The position numbers were made by a program, and so were the translations under genes. From the IMG/VR virus record IMGVR_UViG_3300019458_000020, positions 186,001 through 250,000 of that record: a stretch of 64,000 bases of DNA; one strand, written 5' to 3'. The notes below the pieces were generated by a model, which was not told where the DNA came from, did not search any database, and worked only from the letters and a program-made list of their open reading frames with translations. Below are positions 56,427 through 64,000 of the stretch, piece after piece (position 1 is the stretch's first letter; each line of letters starts with the position of its first letter).

Positions 56427-57201
56427 ACTTGTATTCTTTAAAATGCCATTTATGTTTGTAACATATCATAACACAATCTCCTATGTAGTCAAGGAATTTT
56501 TTTATTTGTATTCGTGGAATGTATATCACATATTGTTTCTTGCCGTATTTTTTAGGTTGATATTCGGAGAGCTTATCCATAAGAATGTTTATATCTTTGG
56601 AACTAAAAGAATAAGTGGATAATTTTATATATTGTGACCTTGGGCCGTTTATTAATCCACCATCTCCAACATACCAAAACAACATTGTTGTAGGAGTTAA
56701 CACCACATCCGGAGGAACTATCTTTATGCCTCGCGGATACCATTTATTTCTTAAATGATAAAATGATAAATTACTAATAGTTCTAATTGTATATCTTGTA
56801 TAGTATTTATTAGTTCTTTCATCGAAGGAAACATATTTAATGGGTCCAAATTGGCACTCTTTTACCATCATTCTTTTAAGTTTTCTATAAACAAATTTTA
56901 CATGTTCATATTTGCTGGAACAATAGGTAAATTGAGAACTATTCCCTCACGGGAGAGTTATGTGACCATCACCTAATAAACATCCATTTATTACTTCTAA
57001 TTCTTTATTACTAAATTTCAATTCATCGTTATGATGTTTTCTTTCCGAATCAATTTTTATATCGTTTTGTAACATCCAATTAGAAAGTGTTTTTCGAGTC
57101 GTATTTAAAATTTCACTACAATCTTCGAGACTCAATTTCCGATTGTGATATAGATTTAAGACTTCTTCTTTTTTAAATAATTTCTTTTTACTCATATACA
57201 A
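56386..57201 (-). pseudogene. LAGLIDADG homing endonuclease, frameshifted near 56950
   Basis: EVINGCLLGDGHI in one frame, LLFWYVGDGG-like (MLFWYVGDGG) second motif in another. Confidence 0.8.
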
Positions 57202-57222
57202 TAATACGTATGGGGAAAGAAA

Positions 57223-57444
57223 TCATTTGTCAACTCTTTTGTGAGAAGGTTTGTAAGGAATGAATCGTTGTTTGAAATCTCCATACAAAACGAATAATAC
57301 AATAAGTGGAGAAAATAATAAATCCAGAATAATACAAACAATATCAAACCAATAGAATCCTTTAATTGTATAAATGTTAGTTTTAAATCCACGTATCATT
57401 AGATACAACCAACAAATAAACCAAAGATAAAGAATCATGTTCAT
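57223..57444 (-). CDS. small membrane protein
   Basis: two hydrophobic helices. Confidence 0.6.
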   Translation of the reverse strand: MNMILYLWFICWLYLMIRGFKTNIYTIKGFYWFDIVCIILDLLFSPLIVLFVLYGDFKQRFIPYKPSHKRVDK

Positions 57445-57507
57445 TTATAATATGAATTATTTGATATATAGGACACTATACCAAGATAATAACCGATATA
57501 TAGGACG

Positions 57508-57720
57508 TTAGTCTTTCAAGAAAATCACGGATTCTATAGGAAACATAACTTCACCACCTACAATGGTTTTATATTTTACAACCGCATAGGTCGCCGGATT
57601 TTCATCAAAATCACCGACAGGAGGGAAAGTTGTTTCTCTTAATAATGGAAGTTTTACAATTTCATTATTGAATATAACGAGAACGTTTTTACAACGAGCT
57701 TTACGATTTTTAGGTTTCAT
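57508..57720 (-). CDS. hypothetical protein
   Basis: ORF track. Confidence 0.55.
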   Translation of the reverse strand: MKPKNRKARCKNVLVIFNNEIVKLPLLRETTFPPVGDFDENPATYAVVKYKTIVGGEVMFPIESVIFLKD

Positions 57721-57721
57721 A

Positions 57722-58726
57722 TCACTTTAAAACAATGAGTGTCGTTCCTGGGTCGGTGTCTCGGTTATACGAATTACTCTGAACAAAGATATCGAAATTT
57801 TTCAAATTACCAGGAGTAACCTTTGCATTTGTATTCGGCAGTTCGAGCAAATCTCTTGCAGCATCGCCTGTATAAACTTTGCCGGTGTTTTTATCCTTAA
57901 TACAAATCTTCTTGTTTGCCTGAATTAATTCAGGCTGAGTCAATTGATAGTAAGCAGAACCTTTAACATATTTCTTACCTGTGAAGTTCTCCACACAATC
58001 ACGAATTTCTTCGGTTTTAGTGATACGAATAACAACGTATGAAGAACGAGGAAGTTCATCAAGATTGTTACGAACGGTAGAAGACGAAACATTAACATCC
58101 ATCTTGAAAAGAGAACGAGAACCACGGATACCCTTGGAACGGTTTGTCATGAATCCGTCTGTAGATTTTTGAATAATCTTATCAACCTCTTCAAATCCTT
58201 CATTAGAACACGCATTCCAAATAGAACAATTATCTGCTGGAAAGCCGGCTTTCTTTGCTTCATACATACCATCCTGATTAGGAACCAATGCGGCCAGTGT
58301 CCAATTTTCACGTAGAGAATTAATTTTTCTAGCTAATTGCCATGCGGCATTCTTACTGCGATTTTCAAATCCATCGGTCAGGCTGTAAATTAAAAATGCG
58401 TGATCGCCGTATAATTCCGGAGTTTTCTCAAGGTCTTCAATAGCCTTCAATGTTCCATCAATAAGAGCGGTCATTCCGTTAGTTTCATAGTAACCAGCAA
58501 GGGATGGCATTCTCATAACATCCATATCATAAACGAGACATTCCACGGCGTTCGCAAACAAATAAACGGACACACGCGTTTCTTGTTTTAATTCCTTTGA
58601 CCTTCGGACCAAGTGTTTGATTTGATTGTCAAACACTTTAACAACTTGTTCTTCGTAATGTTCCATTGAATCGCTGGCGTCAACGACGAAAACAATATGA
58701 TTGACTAAATTTTGTATTCTTTTCAT
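57722..58726 (-). CDS. von Willebrand factor A domain protein
   Basis: VFVVDASDSM, GMTALIDG, LTDGFEN. Confidence 0.88.
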   Translation of the reverse strand: MKRIQNLVNHIVFVVDASDSMEHYEEQVVKVFDNQIKHLVRRSKELKQETRVSVYLFANAVECLVYDMDVMRMPSLAGYYETNGMTALIDGTLKAIEDLEKTPELYGDHAFLIYSLTDGFENRSKNAAWQLARKINSLRENWTLAALVPNQDGMYEAKKAGFPADNCSIWNACSNEGFEEVDKIIQKSTDGFMTNRSKGIRGSRSLFKMDVNVSSSTVRNNLDELPRSSYVVIRITKTEEIRDCVENFTGKKYVKGSAYYQLTQPELIQANKKICIKDKNTGKVYTGDAARDLLELPNTNAKVTPGNLKNFDIFVQSNSYNRDTDPGTTLIVLK

Positions 58727-58729
58727 AAA

Positions 58730-59092
58730 TTAGGATAATAGTTTTTTGATTTTCTTTTTCATTAAATCTTCTGCTTCTATTTCAGTTCGGTATAACATTC
58801 TTTTCATCATTTCCGAAATGATAAATTGTTCCGTTTCTCCACGGTTATAAGAAATTCGAGTAATAATCCGATGGGTTTTTTCATCGGTAATAAACAGATT
58901 CCAATATTTGACTTGATTTTCATGAAACCCACGAATAAAAGTCATTTTTATGACCAAATTAGGTCCAAACTCCATTAGGTATTCATCTCTGTCACCGTTA
59001 TTAAATTCGGTTTCAATGGAATTGAATCCCATCAACAAAAGAGTTTGTTTAATGACTTCATCATTTCTATTTATAGAAAGGGTCGATTCCAT
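58730..59092 (-). CDS. hypothetical protein
   Basis: ORF track. Confidence 0.7.
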   Translation of the reverse strand: MESTLSINRNDEVIKQTLLLMGFNSIETEFNNGDRDEYLMEFGPNLVIKMTFIRGFHENQVKYWNLFITDEKTHRIITRISYNRGETEQFIISEMMKRMLYRTEIEAEDLMKKKIKKLLS

Positions 59093-59115
59093 TATCTGTT
59101 AATATAAATCGAAGG

Positions 59116-59499
59116 ATGGATGTTGTCAATCGATTTTGTCGATTGATAAAACCCTTATATCTGTATGTAAGTGTTAATGATATGAAACGGAGTGAATTCA
59201 ACAAACGTATCAAAAATCTTCTCCAAGAATCCATCAATCTCGAATGTGGTTCCAACACAATGTTTCTAACGTCAATCTTTTTAGCCAATGAATCCGATAG
59301 AATTGAATCACAATTATCGTCTCCTACCATTACAGAAAAAGAAAAGAAATCATTAGAAAAACAGATGGCCAATATTCTTAAAAAGATGGAATGGGAATTA
59401 AAATTCAATAAGCAGATGGAGAATAAGGCCAAGGAAATTACCGAAGAAATGGATAAATTGAATAAATTAAAAGAAGAAGGGAAAATAGAAGATGAATGA
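59116..59499 (+). CDS. helical hypothetical protein
   Basis: ORF track; paralog of next genes. Confidence 0.7.
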   Translation: MDVVNRFCRLIKPLYLYVSVNDMKRSEFNKRIKNLLQESINLECGSNTMFLTSIFLANESDRIESQLSSPTITEKEKKSLEKQMANILKKMEWELKFNKQMENKAKEITEEMDKLNKLKEEGKIEDE

Positions 59500-59695
59500 C
59501 CGACCTGATTTTGATGGGATTGCTTTGACGATAAAAAGTAGTCAATTCATTCAAGAAGAAGCAAAAAAACTTCTCGATAAGTATTATAATTCTTCCAACG
59601 AGTTCGAAAAAAAGGAAATTATTGGTAAATTGGAAAAGATTCAAGTAAAGATGCAACGAGAATTGGAAAGTCTTAATGTTCTGATGGAACGGTGA
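59492..59695 (+). CDS. helical hypothetical protein
   Basis: overlap with previous. Confidence 0.7.
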   Translation: MNDRPDFDGIALTIKSSQFIQEEAKKLLDKYYNSSNEFEKKEIIGKLEKIQVKMQRELESLNVLMER

Positions 59696-59737
59696 AATAA
59701 TAATTAAGATAGAATTAATGAAATATATTTATACTTA

Positions 59738-59947
59738 ATGAAACAGAATAGTGGAAAGAATCCGAATATCCACATCAATCTATGGAAACATTCTGTAGAA
59801 ATTGATAATGAGAATGCAGTGTATATAAGCCATGTACACTGTAAAAAACCATGTCCTGATACCGAAAAAATTATTGATTATTTACAAGCCGAAGCTTTTA
59901 TTGGCAAAGCTTATCTTCTCACCGAGACATACGAAGATAAAAAATAA
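59738..59947 (+). CDS. hypothetical protein
   Basis: TATTTATA upstream. Confidence 0.65.
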   Translation: MKQNSGKNPNIHINLWKHSVEIDNENAVYISHVHCKKPCPDTEKIIDYLQAEAFIGKAYLLTETYEDKK

Positions 59948-59948
59948 A

Positions 59949-60140
59949 TCACTCTCCCAATAATTTACAGATTTCTCTTTTTTGAGATTGAAGTTTACCG
60001 GCCATTGCTCTAAGAAGTGGTTCCATCTTCTTTCTTGATTCTTCAGTTTTTAACGAATAATACCGTTTTAACATTCTGTCAGCTTCATTACAAACCCATT
60101 CACCGGATTCTAATTGTAAATCAGTAAATTGGTCTTCCAT
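59949..60140 (-). CDS. helical hypothetical protein
   Basis: start MEDQ; paralog of 59492..59695. Confidence 0.65.
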   Translation of the reverse strand: MEDQFTDLQLESGEWVCNEADRMLKRYYSLKTEESRKKMEPLLRAMAGKLQSQKREICKLLGE

Positions 60141-60141
60141 A

Positions 60142-60493
60142 TTATTGTGTTCCTTCGTATTTAGTCCCATCGAAAATATGACTAACAATTCCTATATGTC
60201 GATACTTGGCAATTAATTCGGAGTCACTGTAACAACAACTACACCATCCACCGAAGTTCTTGGTCCCAAAAAACTCTATAGGGGCCATATCTATCTCCTT
60301 TAATTAAATCCCCGTCATAAATCTCTTTACCATTTACATCTTTCAAGCCGGTTGCCATTTGAACTACAAAAGATTTTATAAAATTTGCGTGTGCCACCCA
60401 AATTCACCGTTCCTTTTTATAGTCAACTGTTCCGTCTTCAAAATCATACCAACGGTCGTTAACTGTATCTCTGACTCTGAATTTAACTTTCAT
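60142..60493 (-). pseudogene. YopX-family gene with nonsense and frameshift lesions
   Basis: MKVKFRVRD...TGA(60406-60404)...QMATGLKDVNGKEIYDGDLI, then frameshift. Confidence 0.7.
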
Positions 60494-60494
60494 A

Positions 60495-60692
60495 TTAAAA
60501 ATTTCCGCAAACTTCGTTCCAGAATAATTCTTTTATTGCCTCTCTTAAATCTTCTCTTGATTGATGATATTCTTCTTTAAAGAACATAGGTTCGTCAACA
60601 TGATATTTTTCTTTAATTAGCGTCATTATTTCGACGAAAGCTTTTTCGGCTTGTTGATCGGAGAATTCTTTGTTTGCTCCCATACATGGCAT
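60495..60692 (-). CDS. hypothetical protein
   Basis: ORF track. Confidence 0.6.
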   Translation of the reverse strand: MPCMGANKEFSDQQAEKAFVEIMTLIKEKYHVDEPMFFKEEYHQSREDLREAIKELFWNEVCGNF

Positions 60693-60937
60693 AAATTCAC
60701 CTTTACTTTCTTTGGTTTTTTTATAATTTTTACCCTACTTGTAGTTTCAATCCAAACTCTGGCTCCACACTGAAGCGGTTTATCCGGACTGTAAATGATT
60801 TTAGCTGGTCCTTGAATATCTACGCCATAACCATATTCATTGGTTTTGTATGTTTTAACGGTTAATACCGGTAGATTTGTTCCATTCTTTTTATTAGAAC
60901 GAATATGATGTTGATTTACATGGATGATCGTCTTCAT
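60626..60937 (-). CDS. conserved phage hypothetical protein
   Basis: MKTIIHVNQHHIR.N...PLQCGARVWIET. Confidence 0.75.
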   Translation of the reverse strand: MKTIIHVNQHHIRSNKKNGTNLPVLTVKTYKTNEYGYGVDIQGPAKIIYSPDKPLQCGARVWIETTSRVKIIKKPKKVKVNLCHVWEQTKNSPINKPKKLSSK

Positions 60938-60939
60938 GT

Positions 60940-61179
60940 TTATTCCGAGTATTTTCCTATAAAATAACACACCAATAGAATTATATCAGCAAATACTCCG
61001 AAAAACAAACACGCATGTAAATCTTTACTCCATCCCGGTGTAAAAAATTCTATCACATTGATAATACAAAAACCAAGAACAACCGTTACGAGGAATCCAA
61101 GGATAATCATCATTAATCCTCTTAATACGGTTTTTAACGTATCCATAAGTTGTATTAGTTTACAAATTTGACCATCCAT
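60940..61179 (-). CDS. small two-TM membrane protein
   Basis: hydrophobic helices. Confidence 0.65.
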   Translation of the reverse strand: MDGQICKLIQLMDTLKTVLRGLMMIILGFLVTVVLGFCIINVIEFFTPGWSKDLHACLFFGVFADIILLVCYFIGKYSE

Positions 61180-61331
61180 GATTTAAGTAAAGAATGGCAC
61201 AGATGACCATATTCATCCTCCCAAATTAATGTTAATTGATTATCTACAGAAACTACACCAAGGTAATATCCTCCTATAGTACATTTCGAGTCGGTTTTGC
61301 TGGTTAATTTTATTTTTAATTTTTTCATAAA

Positions 61332-61763
61332 TCATTTTCTCAATTCTTCATTTAATTCATTCAAGAATTTTGGTAATTGAGATACAGGAATGAAATCGTC
61401 GGATTGTTTACCATATCTATTCTTAACTACAATAAATTCTTGTTCTACCGTATCCACTTGTATCACCAAATCTGCCATAGCAACCACTCTTAAATGATTG
61501 ACGATTCTATCAGAAATATCAAGAATAACTAAGTTTCTGAAACGTGGGTCATTTTCGGAAACTCTCTTTTCCAACTCTTCATTTTTTCGACGTAAAATGT
61601 ATATCTGTAATTGAGATGCCTCGTTCTCCATCTTCAATACTTCACGTCGGAGATAGCCACCTGGGTCGTCCGAACAATAACCACTATCATGAGAGATACG
61701 GTCATTCATTTCCTTCAACTTTTTTTCGAGTTGAGGAATGGTTTGTTCTGACCAAGGTTTCAT
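61332..61763 (-). CDS. hypothetical protein
   Basis: coiled coil + VVKNRYG. Confidence 0.7.
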   Translation of the reverse strand: MKPWSEQTIPQLEKKLKEMNDRISHDSGYCSDDPGGYLRREVLKMENEASQLQIYILRRKNEELEKRVSENDPRFRNLVILDISDRIVNHLRVVAMADLVIQVDTVEQEFIVVKNRYGKQSDDFIPVSQLPKFLNELNEELRK

Positions 61764-61969
61764 GTTTCAGAAGTGACTCTGACATCATTTTCACATAGAG
61801 CGACCAAACCTTTATTTAATCCATGTGGTAGAACATCGTATCCATAACAATTAAGAAACTCTCTGTTTCCAATGATATCCAATGTTTGACCATAGTGTAG
61901 AACGTCACCGGATGAAAGTGTTACGCCTTTGGGATTGATAATAACTCCGTATCTTTTATTTTTATTCAT
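61760..61969 (-). CDS. hypothetical protein
   Basis: ATGA overlap. Confidence 0.6.
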   Translation of the reverse strand: MNKNKRYGVIINPKGVTLSSGDVLHYGQTLDIIGNREFLNCYGYDVLPHGLNKGLVALCENDVRVTSET

Positions 61970-62001
61970 AGAATGCTATTCTACTCTATTTGTTATTTTT
62001 G

Positions 62002-62436
62002 TCAACTCCATTCACCTAATCGAATAAATTCATTTTTGACCGCCAACCAATCAGTTTCAGGTTCAAATCCGGCCCGGTCATCCAAAAGGATATTGAAATA
62101 AAATTTACTCTCGAAACAACTTCGATTTGTACTTTTCGCTTCTGGATTTTCGTTGAAATATTTGAAATTAATCCCGTTTTGTCTCAACCATTCCAATACT
62201 TTCACAACACGTTCTTTGGGAATACTACTCCACAAAATAAGAACTATGTCCTTCCGGCCACTGAGTTTCTGAAGAACTTCTTTTGCATAAGGATAAAATT
62301 CGGTGTGTTCTTCAATATCGTTTAGGGTCTTTCCACTCGGAATGATGGTTCCGTGTAAATCCACAGAAACATACAATGTATCCCAACCACGAACCTTTTT
62401 TAAATTAAATTGTGTCTCAATGTTAAATACATTCAT
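62002..62436 (-). CDS. HAD-superfamily hydrolase-like protein
   Basis: VSVDLHGTI, ILWSS, LLDDRAGF. Confidence 0.7.
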   Translation of the reverse strand: MNVFNIETQFNLKKVRGWDTLYVSVDLHGTIIPSGKTLNDIEEHTEFYPYAKEVLQKLSGRKDIVLILWSSIPKERVVKVLEWLRQNGINFKYFNENPEAKSTNRSCFESKFYFNILLDDRAGFEPETDWLAVKNEFIRLGEWS

Positions 62437-63293
62437 GATACCACTTCCATTTCTTCGAGAGAAAATCCTTCATACTCAGCACCATTTCTTTCTTTTAATA
62501 AAAGATAAGCTCTCTTTCCACCTAAAAGGTCGTCATTCTTTTTAATAAATTCAATGTCTTCAATCTGAGCCAGTTTAGATTTTTTGTATTTAAGATAGTG
62601 TTCGTAATGTGACCACTCTTCTAGCGCCGCTTTCTTTACAGGTCCATCTTTTAATTTTTCAATATCCTCCTTCGTCATTGAAGGTTTTTGGTAGTCTGTA
62701 TCCTTTTCTATATCTTTCTTTGTTGGATACCAATATCCATCTTTAATTCGTTCCATGACAATATTACGACAGGTCTTGAATAATGATGGTAAGTTGGAAA
62801 CGTAAAACATTCTATTGCCGTGTTTTTCTTTTAAGATAAGAACATTATTGTAATTGAATGAAGTATCCAAAATAACTGCTTCACATCGACCTAATTGTTT
62901 TAAATTTTTAAGTGTCGATTCAGCGACTTTTAAATCGTGATGATTGAATACAAGCCTTCTTTTGCCTTCCTTGGAATCCTCATAAATAGTATAACCAAAG
63001 CCGCCATGATTATCACTGATTAAGTAATAAAAACATTTTCCTTCGGCATAAGCGTCTTGTTCCTCTTGAACATTCCAAGCAGAATTTGGGTCCAAATAAC
63101 CACCCCTTTCGGCAGGAGCCCATTTAGGATGTATCCACAATGTATATTCTCGTCCACTACTTGTCTTGTCGGAATGTTCAGACCATCCCTTTGAACGGAG
63201 ATATTCAAGTTGTTTCTCAGTTAATTCTTTTCTTTGTTTCATAGGTCCCGTGTATTCATCGTTACAATATACACACAGATTATAGATTGTCAA
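62433..63293 (-). CDS. hypothetical protein
   Basis: 286 aa ORF. Confidence 0.8.
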   Translation of the reverse strand: MTIYNLCVYCNDEYTGPMKQRKELTEKQLEYLRSKGWSEHSDKTSSGREYTLWIHPKWAPAERGGYLDPNSAWNVQEEQDAYAEGKCFYYLISDNHGGFGYTIYEDSKEGKRRLVFNHHDLKVAESTLKNLKQLGRCEAVILDTSFNYNNVLILKEKHGNRMFYVSNLPSLFKTCRNIVMERIKDGYWYPTKKDIEKDTDYQKPSMTKEDIEKLKDGPVKKAALEEWSHYEHYLKYKKSKLAQIEDIEFIKKNDDLLGGKRAYLLLKERNGAEYEGFSLEEMEVVS

Positions 63294-63373
63294 TAGACTT
63301 TTTATACTGACTTTCTAAAGAAACGTAAATATGTATATACTGATAGTTTAACACATAACACACAGAATATAAA

Positions 63374-64000
63374 ATGAATGATGAACCTCTTTATGAAGAA
63401 TCGGAGTCGAAATATACTCGTCGTGATTACTCTCTAGTTTCCATAATCAGCAACAATCCAAATTTATTAAAAGTATTGACTAAGAAAGTTGAAGAAGTCA
63501 AGAAGGATAAACAAAATATTATCGATGCTGCAGAGAAGTTTTATGAACAGAATCGTGAAGAAATAATGGAAGGAACCAAAAAGAAACAACTTCTTCTTAC
63601 AGACGGCGCTAGAAGAGGATTAGAGGAAAAAGATGTAATGAAAGATTACGGTAAGTTTATCCCTACCGTTCATACCCCAATTTTAAATCTATTATATTTC
63701 ATATTACGTGAATCAAAGGAAGATATGGTTAGAGTTCAAAAGTTTTGTCATGAATTGAATAGGCAGTCTGGCCACATGGATATCAAACTGTCCGACATCG
63801 ACGATGTATCGTTATTGATGGATAATTATAATAAACAATATGGCCATTTGGCGGACAACGAGAGTTTGTCCGACAATATCAAAAGTATTCCGGAAATGGA
63901 AAAATATCTGTTTGAAAATTGTACCTATGAGGTTTTTTGTAAAATCAAAAAGTTAAAGAAAATGATGCAATCTCCATACGAAGACGAAGCAAATGCTGCC
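63374..64000 (+). CDS. hypothetical protein (runs off window end)
   Basis: open frame from ATG 63374 (MNDEPLYEESE...) to end of window. Confidence 0.7.
   Translation, partial: MNDEPLYEESESKYTRRDYSLVSIISNNPNLLKVLTKKVEEVKKDKQNIIDAAEKFYEQNREEIMEGTKKKQLLLTDGARRGLEEKDVMKDYGKFIPTVHTPILNLLYFILRESKEDMVRVQKFCHELNRQSGHMDIKLSDIDDVSLLMDNYNKQYGHLADNESLSDNIKSIPEMEKYLFENCTYEVFCKIKKLKKMMQSPYEDEANAA

Noticed and set aside
3578-60493. TGA recoding or selenocysteine from two in-frame TGAs
   Set aside because: TGA is used as stop in many ATGA overlaps, no UCA tRNA is seen, and the YopX gene also has a frameshift, indicating decay
1-64000. Genome-wide TAG reassignment (code 15) implied by the CUA tRNA
   Set aside because: Long genes (ClpX, helicase, ligases, vWA) are intact under code 11; the only credible internal TAG I found is in pth2

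Overview
AT-rich, gene-dense 64 kb segment of a large (jumbo/huge) dsDNA bacteriophage. It contains no structural or core replication genes. It is the early/accessory and tRNA region: many short ORFans behind individual sigma70-like, often leaderless, promoters. Translation and RNA-repair functions include about 9 canonical tRNAs, tmRNA with ClpX, Pth2, Thg1, Rnl1- and Rnl2-type RNA ligases, an HD alarmone-hydrolase-like protein, and a minimal class II aaRS-like protein. There are also signal peptidase I, an outer-membrane beta-barrel, an SF2 helicase, a probable ROOL RNA and about 10 intact or decaying homing endonucleases. ClpX and the beta-barrel look Verrucomicrobiota-like (inference from memory, not a search). 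The standout is a minus-strand operon at 9135->8035. A sigma70 promoter drives an amber-suppressor tRNA (CUA), then five CCA-ending tRNA-like RNAs lacking the D arm, three of them 53-55 nt minis with a UUUA(G/U) loop. It ends in a pth2 gene whose only start giving a complete fold is followed by an in-frame UAG at codon 6, although the genome otherwise reads in the standard code. Other unexplained signals are two co-oriented dispersed G-rich repeat families, several unassigned structured RNAs, and four endonuclease genes converging into tRNA 3' ends. All annotations come from manual reading and motif recognition; no searches were run.
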